A stretch of 63,861 nt of DNA, the filler included, from Perkinsus chesapeaki ATCC PRA-425 (taxonomy: Eukaryota > Protista > Perkinsozoa), in the NCBI GenBank assembly GCA_013115145.1. It is 8 parts of 8 records of this genome, joined end to end, with 100 filler letters (N's around TTAATTAATTAA, not from the genome) between each part and the next. Parts side by side here need not be neighbours in the genome. Positions count along the whole stretch, not along the records: positions 37,059 to 49,508 come from JAAPAO010000813.1; positions 49,609 to 54,146 come from JAAPAO010001248.1; positions 54,247 to 55,718 come from JAAPAO010001941.1; positions 55,819 to 58,722 come from JAAPAO010001495.1; 4 more parts are not named here. One strand, written 5' to 3'. Under the pieces are notes generated by a model, which saw only the letters and a program-made list of their open reading frames with translations, had not been told where the DNA came from and searched no databases. A program made the translations under genes and the position numbers. Positions 44,340-57,670 of the stretch are shown one piece after another. The stretch's first letter is position 1, and each line of letters opens with the position of its first letter.

Positions 44340-45593
44340 GCTGGTCTCCGTCTGCCATACTTTTTATAGTCTCACAGATAGCCTGACAATACCAATCAAC
44401 TCACCAAGCACGTCCCAATTGTGGATAATACAAGGTACCGCAAAGCTCTTATTATCGATGAGGCTCTTCTGGCACTGCCAGTACACGACGTTCATGGAGA
44501 ATGCACATGGTGCAAAGAAGACCCGTTACCCGCCTTACTTTAACATCCACTGTAGTCCATGCCAGAGAAAGATGCGGCTTCGGTGGATCATAGAACGGTT
44601 CCAAATCGAAGTCGGCCATCACATCATCGATCGCGCGAATCATTGCGATAACCTAACAAGTCGTAACCGCTTATCTAGGATAGAGTACTCACCGGGCCAG
44701 GCTCTGTTATGGGCGAGGCTAAGAATGCAGTGGACATATCCTCAGAAAGGAACAGATCTACGGCAGATGGGGATACATACCTACATACATCCTCAAGTAT
44801 GGCGGTTTTAGAAGTGGAAGGGACACTTTCACAAAGCCGCCATTTTTGGACCATCAGGCTCCCACATAGTGAACGGTCATACTAGTGTTACTCAAGGTTC
44901 ACCAACCATGAGCACTTACATAGTCAACTGTGGGCTGCTCCGGAGTCGCTCGGCTACTTTTTGCTTGAACGGCGCTATGAGATGGTGCCTGAGCGGGGCA
45001 CCGCTCATCATGCGCTTGATCACTGCTGGAAACAATGCAAGTGTTTACTTCAGCATAACCGTTCGTGATAAACTGCAGTGGATGCTCCCAACAGGCAGTT
45101 TTTCCCACTCGTGGGTAGGCCATATCTCGCGGGCCCGCTTCACAGCGCGGGTCGCTAGCTCCGAGATCGCACCTTCGCTGTCAGTCGATGTGCAAGGCAG
45201 AAATATGCTACCTGAGCAATGCAGTCTTATGAACACATGACCGCGAATGAGAGTCCAGAGGAAAGTCCGCAACAGACTTTCTCGATCCCACGAGGGTGCG
45301 AGAGCCGCTGTTCGAGAGTGTGTGTTGTTATCATGATTCAGCCAAGATTTTTGAAATATATGTTGAACCAGTATATACTTCAGCACTGTGCCTCAAGTCA
45401 AAGGCAGCTCACACGCATAGTTTCCCTCGATATGAGGTATCCGCCTTATTCGCTTGTTCTCGCCATTTCCTCCGTAGGTAGATTCGTCTTCACCATCATC
45501 GAACGGAGATGGCAGCTCTCGCTTCGCGCCCTGCTCCTCCTCATCGCCAGAGCTATCGCTTGACGATGCACTGTCATACACATTTGCCAGCAT
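44340..45593 (-). CDS. USB1: U6 snRNA phosphodiesterase (2H phosphodiesterase), multi-exon
   Basis: Acidic N-terminus then RIRRIPHIEGNYA (compare RxRxFPHxxGNW); first HxS motif IHCSLSRTVML; RHHLIAPFKQKV; FLSEDMSTAFLA; second HxS motif FYDPPKPHLSLAW. The 3' end is approximate. Confidence 0.78.
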
Positions 45594-45733
45594 TCGGTTG
45601 AGGACTGCACTGAGAGGCTCGGTGGCAACACAAGGCGGCTTGCGATTGAAATGCCAAACTAGGAGAATCGTGATAATAATAATGTCGATTATGAGGATGT
45701 CAAACTACTGTGTATACTTTTCACACAAACATG

Positions 45734-48700
45734 TCAATTGCTGCCGGCACTCGGGCTGCTGTCATTCATAAACGACGAGCCGGAACCAGTCCGCCCCATG
45801 GAGGCCACCGTTGACTGCGACGCCAAGGACACAATTCGGTCTCGCCCCTCCTTGTCCAGCATAACGGGCCTCACTTCCGACTTCAACGACACTACGGAGG
45901 CGCGGGCCACAGAAGCCGGTGTGCTAAATTCGGGACTAGGCTCCGGCGTTTCAGTGGCCGGTCGCAACCGATGGTGGCGTGGCTCCTGCTTGGCGTGATA
46001 GTGGTGTTTCTGTTTGCTGCTGGACTTCTTCCGATACGAACGTTTGCCGAAATGGTCGAGCCGCCAAGCCAGGAACGAGGGTATACGTATCTAAAGGAGG
46101 GATTAGAATGAAATGGAGAACAGTGAGGAAAAATTATATTGTAGAGTTGATAAGATTACTACGTAGTTAGATTGTTCAGTAATCGAACTGAAATACGATG
46201 ATAAAAGGATACACACTTTGAAGCTCTTAAGTAAAGGGGCTACTGTGTTATTGAAGATACGGGAACGGGATTCTGGAGCACTTTAATGGGATCAATCGAT
46301 AGAATCGAATTATAGAGTTATTTCTAATGCAATAAAATTCAACACGACACCTTTCTTTGCCGCTATGTCGTGACTAGTATAAAGCAGAAAAACGTGTAGA
46401 ATCTCCCGCAGTCATCGGACTCCGATGATCGGAGATTTTGAAGATCATTTCTCGATTCTGGGCAAATACAAAGCTGGCACTGCTCCCCCAGAGCAGGTTT
46501 CCTTGTTGTATATGCTCCAAGCACCCATAGCAGTTCTATGCGCCACAGAGGACTCGTGCTCAACCATTCGGTCAGTTTTCAGCAAGGTCCAAGCATTTGT
46601 TGTTCCGTCAGGAAGCATAAAACGAACCATTCGGCAGGCGAAGCAGAATGCCTTGTTGGTTGGCATACAGTGTTCGATCCAGGGGTACCCATCCTATAGC
46701 TTCACCAATAATGATTTCGGAAAATTTACATTGCCTAAGGTTCTCTCAAGAGCATCAGGGCTCTCAGAGTAGATGAGGATAGCGAAGCTCTCCTGTTTCT
46801 ACTAATTCTCCCAGCTATGCTGAAGGTTTCTTTAGCGCTAACGCTAGAAACGGGAACTTCCGCGAGCTCTAAAGCTATAGCATTCAGAGTCGTCATTGAC
46901 GAGTCGTCAATGAGGAAAAAATAATCCAGTAAGCCACAAAATCGGCCAGCCTGTTCTGTCCACTGGAAAGTTTCCAGTGGAAAGTTTCGACTCGGTATTA
47001 CCGAGTCGGTAAATCTCTCACATAAATATCAAGCTCCTTCTTCAGTATGGACATATTTGCCGGCAAGTCACTGAGTTCACGGCGGTCTAGGCAATTCAGG
47101 AAATGACCGTCTTTAACAACAGCCTAACAATAGGTTTCACTACTAGCATCGGACTCGGTCTCGTCAGTGTCGGTCCCAACAGAATAAAACCCCGCAGCAA
47201 CCCTCAGTGAGGGTCCCTCACTGCAGCCTGGCCAGCTGCCAGCCCTTCAGTTGATGCGTACCGCGGATCAAGATAGGTAGATGCTACCGAAAGAGAGCCC
47301 ATGGTCCCTTGGCTTTCCAACATACACCTGAAGTAACGAGTCATTACTAGTAACGACTAAAGCTATCGAGCATATCTCGTGCCATCTTGGCAAGTTGCCA
47401 ATGGCAGCCCGCGCACGGCCATCAGTCTTCAGCGAGGGCCGGGTAATTAAGCTCCTTTTCTGCTTCCAGAGAAAAGCCTTGTTGCCAGCTCAATATCAGT
47501 CATGACGCTGCAGACATTTTCCGCGTTCGCATAGTCATCCACATCGAGCTTATATTTGACCGTATGTTTGCTTAGGCGATCGACGATCGCTCTTTGGGAG
47601 TTGGAGGCGGTATTATATCGCCAGGGATGACCTTCACCTTAGCCTTGTCGTTGTTCAGTTCCTTTTCCTTCGTGAACCACTCTTGTAATAATGACCATCC
47701 AATACAGCTTTGACGGAATATAGAGGGGATGCGGTTGGGGCTTGGAGGGACTTGGGAGCGTTGGGGGCGGACCCGGGAAGACGTGTTGGGGTACGAACAG
47801 CTGCACCTTTGCGGTCACCTCAGATTATCGCGGCTTATGTCCGAGTTCTGGAAGCTGTAACACCTCCATCTTCCCTGCGGAAAGGGTCAGGCGAGAAATG
47901 GCAATAGAAATTTTTCCCAACGGAAAAACAAATTAATCGACAAAATTGAGCCTGTGTCGAGCTTGCCCCTGGTCTACAGAGCTCCTGTGACAACGGCTTC
48001 CGAGTTGCGAATATTCGACTTACCTGAGTTATTGTGTTTGCTGTGTACATGCCTATCAACGCACTGATAGCGATATAAATTATTATACTCCATCCTACGA
48101 ACATGACCGTCCATTCTAAAAAAAACAGGCACTGGGCAGTTAGGTGCTACCGTCGGGCAAGGACTTACTGAGATATGTGGGGCCTACTAGAATGGTAAGA
48201 GGAAGGAGTAAAAGGGTGCTAAGTGGAAAAGTGAAGCTGAGATAGGTTATCACATATACCAAGTACATCGTGAACCGATAACAGCAGAAGACCTGACAAC
48301 ATTGAGAACAGCCACAAAGGGCGATGCGGAGCTACCAATGAGAGGAGGTATCCAAAGCTCATGGGTAAGGCTACCAGAACCAGTCCGCGATAAGCAAGAG
48401 ACGTCGCTATTATAGAGGGCCAGCGGAGGATGATGAAGTCGAACACACGTCTGGGTACTCGACCGATCATACCGGTGAGACCACTTTGCACCAGCGACTG
48501 AGGGGCGGGCAGGATCACTGTTAGAGGGGGAAAGAAGCAACGAAAAGTTATCTTTTCCATTCTCGAGAGTTCGATCAGACCTCAACCTAGGCACTTGATT
48601 AGAATTAATGAGTTGGGACGCGAGGCACGTACGGCGAGTCGTCGCAAATTACGACCAATCGGAGTCGTTGACAGAGTCGAGAAAGATGAGGTGTATCTCT

Positions 48701-49340
48701 CCGAAGCACGATGAACTTACTCCTGGTGGATATAGGCAGACTGAGAGGAAGCTCGCTGCAGCCAATATTAGCAGACACCAATAAACCTACAGGCGCTATA
48801 TAGCGTTCTTCATACAGTGCTCAGTATGCTACCCTTTGCTGCCATAGTTCCCCTTCAGCATGTGATGATACCACAGCAAACGCTACTACAAGGAGCTGCT
48901 CTAATGGGCCTGGTGCGTCGCCCGAACTTGGCGCTGTGTTGGAACGGACCACTTTCGTGAACCAACTTTGCATCGAGGGTGATGAGCTTTCGGGCACGCC
49001 TTCCGCTTTCACCACTCTACGCCTGGGCACCTGAGCTCAAAGGTAGAAGCACTGTGTGTTTAGCGCTGATGACACCCGTGTAGAAGTTTTAATTGATTTG
49101 AACGACGCAATGGACACAGCAGGCGATGCTGGCGGCGAGCGAACAATGGTGATAGTCGAGGACATAGCAGCGCGGCCAAGAACACAGTCTCGTACTGGGA
49201 ACCGCACAATTTCCCATTGACCCGTAAAACACAACTACGCACAGATATGAATACGAACTCTGAAGAGGTGAAAACAGAAGAGGTCGCTTTGAAGAAGACA
49301 TTTTGTCTTTAAGCAGAATTAGCGATGCTGATATCGTCAT
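45734..49340 (-). CDS. Divergent ionotropic glutamate receptor-like membrane protein, multi-exon
   Basis: Pre-M1/M1-like RLEKITF..PPLTVILP...FGYLLSLVAPHRPLWLFSMLSGLLLL; M3-like GWSIIIYIAISALIGMYTANTITQ (compare SYTANLAA); Ser/Thr-rich last exon ending at 45734. Many exon joins are unresolved. Confidence 0.45.
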
Positions 49341-52300
49341 CGGTCAACAGCGCGGTATCCATCACTGCGTAACCTGCATGGACGCCGCCTTCCATCACAC
49401 TCCTAAAAAGGCAGGGCTGTAAGGGAAAAGTGGAAAGGAGGATACTTACTGATCCTTAGTCCTTAACATATGTCCACATGTCTTATCCATTATTATATTA
49501 TGACCATTNNNNNNNNNNNNNNNNNNNNNNNNNNNNNNNNNNNNNNNNNNNNTTAATTAATTAANNNNNNNNNNNNNNNNNNNNNNNNNNNNNNNNNNNN
49601 NNNNNNNNGTTTGATGTATTCGATGTATAATCGAGATCCTATCTCCTTTATCTTAAGTATTGTGTTGATACTTAGATTATAGGCCCTTACGCACCGTTAC
49701 ACTGTTAGTGATCCGTGATCCTAATCCGAGTCGCGAATTACATAGCGTCACTAAGTGATATGTGTCAAATTTGGTGGAAATTGTCCTATGCCGAAAGTTC
49801 TAGTCCGCATAGTCTTTAGCGAAGGTTTAGCCTAAGCCGCTTAGGTAGTATTAGGCTAATACTATTAGCTGCATGATAGAAGAAGCTACTAAGTAGACTA
49901 CAATTAGCATTTACAATGAGTGATCAAATGATGGTGATAATAATGATTAGTAATAAACCTTCACTAAGGACGAATTAGCACTGGACTCCGATGAGTCATC
50001 GGCGATGATTGGGGTGATTAGGAATTGAGAGTTCCAATTTGAGAGACAAGTTGTTCCACACAACGACACAATCAGTTTATACGCGTGGATCAGGATCCGC
50101 ATACCGGCCCTGGAAGTCCCATGATGGGACTCTGAACTGGTACGCTGTCGAAAGGCGGCTTGCCATTTTGTAGATACGTGAAGGAGCACTTGGTTGACAT
50201 TGCTCCGTGCGAGTCATGAGGAAACATCACAACTTTGCAGGCACTATCTGTCAGACAGCTAATAGCTGCTAGCTATTGCTAATAGTGAAAGGCGACAAGT
50301 TTTCGGCCTTATTTTGTGGTCAAGAACTTGATTTTCGGGCAATTTACAATTTGTGTCTGCCGATGTGCAGCCGTCTCCAACAATTGTGATAAACTGTACT
50401 TCAGACACTCGCGACACAATGGAGGCTGAGAGAATCCTTACTGAGTCAATTTCGGGAAGCCTAATCGCTGTAGCTGCCTGGTAAGACTGAATACTTTGAG
50501 TCCTGCAGATGAAGCTTGTGGTGTCGTGAATTGTCTTGTGAAGTGTTGCCCATCCAGATCATCGCTGGACTGCTCTTGAACAGTGACTCATAAGTTAATG
50601 AAAGAGAGTGAATGAAGAGGTATATGTTGCGCTTGCCTACAGCCTCAATGGTGAACGCATTCACAGGCGTGAAAACACCGGTCGCCATCACAATCATTGA
50701 ATGATTATCATTCTACTCTCTCTAGGAAAGAAGCAGTTAGTATAATACGAATTGCTCACGCGCTACGGATACCTACAGCATTTCCCGGTCAAGTTGATTA
50801 TTTACCCCAATTTCTAATAATATACCCATATTTTTAAAGCCTTGCCCATTTTATTAATAAATTTCCCAAACTTTTGGTACTTTCTCAGGTCCACTCAATA
50901 GCATAAAAGGTCATAAAAGTAGCCGTTACTAACGTGACGGTTGGGTTCCGTGCGCCAACATAGAACATGGCCGGGCATTGATGGCCCATGTGACAGAGGC
51001 AGTCAGTGGCGCCGCCACTATGGCGGTCTGGTACTTCAGTAAGCACCCGCAGAAGATCTCATTCACGTAAAATACATGGTGGAGTGCGGCGGACGATTTC
51101 GTTGCGGACTTACATGTCTTGTCTTGTACTGTATGTTATGTTGGTCATCCTTACCGAGTTGGGAAATATGAGTCAAAATTAAAGTTTCTAAACTCGAAAT
51201 TGTTTTCACTAAAGTCCCGAAATTGGAATTCCTAGACAATTGTTGATTGTGGGATTGAATTGGAATCGACAATTATTTTGAGGGTGGAACTCCTAAGTTA
51301 CCCTCCCGGAGATATTGAAGTTCCTAAACGAGAAATAAACGTAAATTTCGTTCGCCCGTCGAAATCAAACTCACTATTGTCGAATTAGGCGTTGAAAAGG
51401 TGTAGGTATCCGAGCTTCGCTTGGGTTGCATCCATTTCGGGAAAAACCCTCTGTAAACAGAAATTCGACCCGAAATGCTGGACGTGGCACTTTTCCAGGA
51501 TATGTAAAATACGCTTTATTTAAGTGGTAGAGCAGGTGTCTGGGAGGCCGAAAGATATGGTGCGTTACCTACCCTCGTAATAGCTACTTGAAGTAACGAA
51601 CTGCGATATTTTGAGCTTTAAGCTCCAAGTTAGAGCTGAGGGCATTCCTCCGACTGGTTGCCAGCGATATCTCGGAATTCTAGCATATTGTAACCTGTCA
51701 GGTTTAGCTTCCCTCGAGGAACTGCGACGGTTGATTTCTTCGAATCGAAAATATTTGTCCAATACGGCTCAATAGTCTGGCATTTCCCTACATCGCATGT
51801 CGTCATCCCATGGAATGTGCGCATGTGTAGCTGCTGCAGTGTAGCAGTCAGAATTTCTCTCGAGTTCGCGGTAGTCTCGGTGAGTCTACCCTGAAAGAAT
51901 TCGTTTCATAACCCTTATATGCTATGAAAGATTCCCTTCTGTTAGGGGGGTGCTGCAAAGGATTGTTGCGAATAAGGACCGAACTTGAAAAAAATGTGAA
52001 AGTTGTTGTCAATGTGAGCGACGCGGATCTTGTCTTTACTTCCAAAAAGAGAGTGTTACCTAAGATAGCTTGTGAGTGAGGTTCTGAGCCTCGACTTTCT
52101 CTGAAAAGGTTTGCGACGAGTTGTATGGGGCATGGGGATTCCTTATTGGGGAATTTGACATAAGCTCAACTCCATGTAGTTGCACTATATGTACAGAACT
52201 CGACGTTCGGATTGGAAAGTTGTCTCAAATAGTCTCCTATTTGCGTGTCTAGCAGTCACGGACGTAGTATTGCTGTATCACGTTTATAATAATACTCGGG

Positions 52301-53009
52301 TCTTAGTAGACCACGCCGAGACAGTGACGCGTGACGCATGGACACACAGAGTAACAGAATCCGTCCGCAATGTGAATTCCGCATACTACATCACCTTAAT
52401 GAGTATGAAAGGGATGTAGCTCATGTAACGGCTCACAGAGACGGGTAAGATAAGGAGCAGCATGGCTTCAACGATGATCGTCACTTAGCGAAGGCTGGCC
52501 GGCCGTCCCTACTCTGAGTAATGGATGGCCCATGGAGCTTGATAGCGCCTGTCTGATAGCTGGAGGATCCCCGCTCAACGAGGCACTCCGTACAACCTTT
52601 AGAAGGGCGTGAAAAAGCGAGAGGGCCTTGTGATTCGGTTTTTTATTGTTTTGCAGCAGCTGATGGGCGAGTTTTTCCCGAAATGAACTTCCACGTGATC
52701 TTTTCAAAGGCAGCCACATGGCGCGGGTTAATGTGAAAGGCTAAGGGTGAAAAGAATCTTTTCAGAAGAGAGTAATGTTGGACCAAACGCTATCGTTTCC
52801 TGGCTTCCTGGCTAAAAGACACAGGGATCTTCTCGCCTATTGGAATTAGAATACGCAGCCGGGTTTGCTTCTTACTCAGAGGCCACCTGTCAGGATGCCA
52901 GTGACATCCTTCATAAGGATGCCAGCAATGAACAATACTTATAATGCATTTTTTAGAGTTCCACCATCGCTACCCCTCCCTCATACAATCACCGTTATTA
53001 GAAACTACG

Positions 53010-53444
53010 ATGGGTGTTGTCGGCAACATCAAAAGACTTCTTGTATTATTCATGTGGGTAACTACGACATGGCTGGTTACTGTAAATCTGACAGGCTGTC
53101 TACACTGCCAGTTCGGTGATGGTGTTTACGATGGCTCCCTATACGGAGTTCATTATCAGGCTGCAGTGGAAACTCAAGATTCCAATCATTTCACTGCGAA
53201 CCTCACTTTCACCCAAGTCAATGGTATATCGCTTACCTGTAGAAACTGCGCTTTCGACTTCTACTCGACGCAATACTCCTGCTACAAGTGTGGTGGTGAA
53301 ATCGACTGTTTATTAAGATTATTGGCCTATGGCGGAATGTCAACTGGTGACTACTTGAATATGTATGCGAAATATATGTGTGGTGATTATTTCTTTATGG
53401 CAGGCGCAGTTGGCCCCACCGTAGAGCTTTACCCGGCTCCTTGA
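53010..53444 (+). CDS. Small intronless Cys-rich putative secreted protein (~144 aa)
   Basis: MGVVGNIKRLLVLFMWVTTTWLV leader; CLHC, CRNC, CYKC and further Cys; ends VELYPAP*. No family recognised. Confidence 0.55.
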   Translation: MGVVGNIKRLLVLFMWVTTTWLVTVNLTGCLHCQFGDGVYDGSLYGVHYQAAVETQDSNHFTANLTFTQVNGISLTCRNCAFDFYSTQYSCYKCGGEIDCLLRLLAYGGMSTGDYLNMYAKYMCGDYFFMAGAVGPTVELYPAP

Positions 53445-54246
53445 TGAGACTGACAATGACTACTATTTGAATACCAGCTGATCATCAGCGAGCATTTAGG
53501 TCTTATATGTTCGCTGTATTTGAACTTTATTGTTAGCGTAGCTTGATGCTTAACAACGGCTTATTTATGATATCTTTTCTAATCAACATGAGCCTGTCGT
53601 TGGCCGCGTAATACCGATTACATTTCTGATAACAGACATTTCTGCTCGGTAGACAAGACCGGCTTGTGTTTGAATCAGTTCCGGACGAAAACTGTGCAGC
53701 GATGAGTGTTACACTCAGCCACAGGTGTAGCTTCAGACATCGCTTAGTGGAGCAGGAGTCCCTTCGCTCAACATACAAAACAGCTTGAACCGGAATGAGC
53801 GGCACATCAGCATTCAGATCGATAGTGATTCAAGGGATTTTGAGAGTATTGCCAATACTTATACATGGTGATTGTACCAGGATCCCATCGTAATACTCTA
53901 TTACGGAGAAGCCATATACGGATAGCGCCTTATGAGCACTTTAACTAATTGCTCGCTCGCAGCGCTTATGCGTGAGGTCTCCTGTGAGGGATGACCAAAA
54001 GGGCGGATGTGAGGACTGGTATAGTTACTACACCGTAGTATGATAGTCAAGTTATCAAACCATCATAGCTGTTCACGGCGACTGGTTTTCCTGGATATAT
54101 GGTCATCATTCTGGCGTGCTACGTCGTTTTAGGTGGCCGCTAGGCTNNNNNNNNNNNNNNNNNNNNNNNNNNNNNNNNNNNNNNNNNNNNTTAATTAATT
54201 AANNNNNNNNNNNNNNNNNNNNNNNNNNNNNNNNNNNNNNNNNNNN

Positions 54247-55718
54247 CTTCCTTATGCCTCGTGCCCGAGAAGCCGAAGGTCTTCCTCATTAATGGACAAG
54301 GACTGAGGGAACATGTCGAGGACGACGATGAGACTATCCCTCTTACCCCTAACTTCAAGGAGAAGTGTGCCATCGCCATAACCGAAGATGACACCAAGTG
54401 GAAAGGCTTGCTCTTGAGGAAGTTGACATTACCTGAAGAAAAACAAACTCAGAAGGAGCGCACCAACAACAAGTATTTCTTCACCTCTGATGGTAACCTT
54501 TACTTCCGCGACCTTGAGCTCAAAGATCGGCTATATATCCCTGATGAGTCTGGCAAGCCATGGAATGAAAAACTAAGGGTTATCTTCATGGCTCACTCCC
54601 ATAGGCATCACTACTCCGCGGGCTCCATGGTCTCACGACTTCGGGATCAGGTTTGGTGGCCGAGCCTGAAAAGGGATGTTCGGGCCTTCGTCGCACAATG
54701 TTTTGTTTGCAGGCGAGAAGCGCTACGAATCTTACCTTTAGGTGGTCGACATCCTCACCAACTTGGCAACCGTTTTTCTACCCTGATGGTTGATTTTGCT
54801 GGTCCTTTTCGTGGTGTTACTGTTGATGGCCCTGGAGGTGCTTGGGAAAATCCCAGCATTCTTCTACTCATCGACCCTTTCTCGTCGTGGTTGGAATTGG
54901 TACTATGCAAGGACCAAACTGCTATTGCCGCAATAGATGGTGTTATCTCTTGGTCGTTGCGTTTTGGTATACCTGAGAAAATACATTCTGACCGTGGATC
55001 CAGTTTTACCTCTGACTTGAGTCAAGCGGTGTGGCAAGCCTTCGGCGTCTCGCAGTCCACAGGGGCGGGTCACCATCCTGAAGCACAAGGAGCAGTAGAA
55101 AATGCTGTCAAGTTTGTGAAGAGTGCCATACGAAAGCTTGTTGCCCATGTCCCGCTCAAGATGGTCTTGGAAGAGCTTCAGTGGGTCGCGAGGATGCATA
55201 ACACCAAACCGAAGTATCAGGAAGATATTACACCTGAGATGGTTGTCTATGGAAATCGCACTAGAGACTGTATAGATGCCTTACTAGAGACTTCGACTTC
55301 GACTTCTTCCAACTGCTCTGCGGATGCCAACTTCGTCGACGAGCTTAGGGACACGGTCGCGGTCATACACCGCCTTTGGAGTCAGCTTTTAGCCGAGAAG
55401 AGAGTTGGAAATGTCATTGGAGATACCAGAGAAGATCCTGTAGAGGAGAACGACACTGTCTTCAGAGTCATTGTTGATGGCTTACATAAGAGAAGAGTCC
55501 TTGGCCCTTATCTTCTCCTCAGTCTTAACACAGCAGGTTCGATGGCTAAAATAAAGAGACTCGATGAGGACGACTCTAAGGCGAAGGATGCTCCTACCTG
55601 GCAGCTCTATAAAGCCCCATCTCTCGATATCACTCGCTGGTATGGTGACCTCAATTTCCCGAAGGCACAAGCTCTCCGTCCTTCTCGCCCTATGGTCGGT
55701 GCCTTGGTCGGCTTCAGG
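54247..55718 (+). mobile_element. Ty3/Gypsy LTR-retrotransposon pol fragment: integrase (H2C2 zinc finger, rve core, GPY/F)
   Basis: AHSHRHHYSAG...WWPSLKRDVRAFVAQCFVC; MVDFAGPF; LLIDPFSSW; FGIPEKIHSDRGSSFTS; HHPEAQGAVE; RRVLGPYLL. The ORF is open across the whole contig. Confidence 0.93.
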
Positions 55719-55855
55719 NNNNNNNNNNNNNNNNNNNNNNNNNNNNNNNNNNNNNNNNNNNNTTAATTAATTAANNNNNNNNNNNNNNNNNNNNNNNNNN
55801 NNNNNNNNNNNNNNNNNNGACCAGATGAATTAAGATTCGGGCCTCGGGTTTCATG

Positions 55856-57670
55856 TTACTCCTGCAACCCCCGTATTCGATGGGATTTTACTACTCCAGA
55901 TTTAGCTAACCTTATCGTTGTTTTGACACTGGGGCGCTGGCTTCGAGCAGCTTTTACGGAGATCATAACTGAGAGCATAACTTCAGGCCAATGGCGAACT
56001 AACACTGATGTCCTAACGAACGATGCGGCAAGAAGTAGGAATATGTTCCCGACAAGTGAACTAACCCAATGGTGCAAACACGGATCGGTATTGGTATCTC
56101 TGACTGGTTTGAATAGGAAGTCCTCATAAAGGACATAAGCCCTTTGGCACATGAAGCGCAACGCAGGATTAGCGTCACACATTTGGATCGCCGATGTTAC
56201 TGATGGCAGTTTAGCCTTCATAGTATCGCATCTTAAGAGCCAAATTAGCAATATATATTTTATCAACTTCCTGATCACTTATTCTTCGAGAGGACTATCG
56301 GAGTCGTCTCACCATTACAAGCCATGTCGGGCATTGATGAGAATCTGACAAAGTAGGGGGCACTTTCGAAATATTCACATCTCATCAGCTATATCATATA
56401 CTGTCTACTCGCCGACTTCTGTAGTCTGTATATCCCGGAGAAGCCTTACTGGATCACAGGTGAAGCCACGGCGTTGCCGAGAATTATACCCTTGATGTTC
56501 AAACCCGACCCTTGGCCTTGCTCGGCTAGAACTGGGACATAATGACCTACAAACACACATGTCCAAAAGTCAGCATGAAGAATGTCCAAGTGAGTAACCT
56601 GCGAAGGACTGGCCCATCAGAAAGACTCTTGAGTTATAAACTGGATACTTCGTGAAAAATGCCTTCAGCGCCGTCAGACTGAATGAACAAGACCGACACT
56701 TGCAAGGACCCTTAAGGATTAGCAAAGCGATCACGTAGCTTTCATAGCAACATCCGTATTAGTTGGAGGCGTGCCTTTACTGTAGCCCGTTGGAGCAGGT
56801 TGGTCGAGGTACATTACATTAGCGAAGGTATTGTAAGAGAACCCGAGCACAGAGGTATATTCGATAGAGGATACTGCGCGCAGTTACTGCGCTTTCACGT
56901 CCACCTACTCATTAAGAGTTGTTTGGGTACCGGTAGGGTCCAGAATGCAAGGCCCTCCATTGCCAGACGAAAGGGAGTACATGCTACTTGCCCCGGGCCC
57001 TCCCTGGAAGAAAATTATCGTCGGGCTATCCTTGGGTCCTCTGCGAGACTCGAAAAACCAGTAGAATAATCTAAAGCATGATAATACCAAACTCACAGTA
57101 AACAGAGGCAGTCTTGAGGGCAATCCTCGAAGGTTGCACTTCTAATATGTGTCACTTTTGGCATACCAGGGAACTTACTGAGCATCAGACTCTCCCTTCA
57201 AATACCCAAAGACCTGCTTGGCGTTATCATCACACAAGCTTCGAGCCAGAGCTGTACAACAAAAGTACAGTACCGTAACAATAGGCTGGGTGGATGTCAT
57301 CTTGAGTTAAGATCCTTAAATGGTAGGAGTACCGTTGCTAAATACCAAACAGTGTTTGGATCGAACTGTTTCAAACTAATGTGAAGGCACCTCCTCGGCT
57401 CGGACGAAATTGAAAGTTCTACGACGAAATTGAATGTCTCCAGCGCGAATGAGATGTTCCTATGTCGGATTCGGACCTTCAACTTCGCTCGCCGCCACGA
57501 AATTGACGACTACCTCTGTCCCGATCGATAGGCCTCTCAACAACAACAACAACAACAGCCTCACCCAAGTATTGGATGAGACGCCGATTACGACCTTGAG
57601 AACAGAGATGCCCTATGAGTTCCGGATATAAATTGTAGATTCTAGAAATAATCTTTCTTACTATTCCCAT
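55856..57670 (-). CDS. Serine carboxypeptidase family S10, multi-exon, 3' end lost in the gap, possible frameshift
   Basis: LCDDNAKQVFGY; LFYWFFESRRGPKDSPTIIFFQGGPGASS; NTFANVMYLDQPAPTGYS; VFLMGQSFAG|HYVPVLA; KGIILGN; MKAKLP...IQMC. The first exon at 57670 is tentative. Confidence 0.85.
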
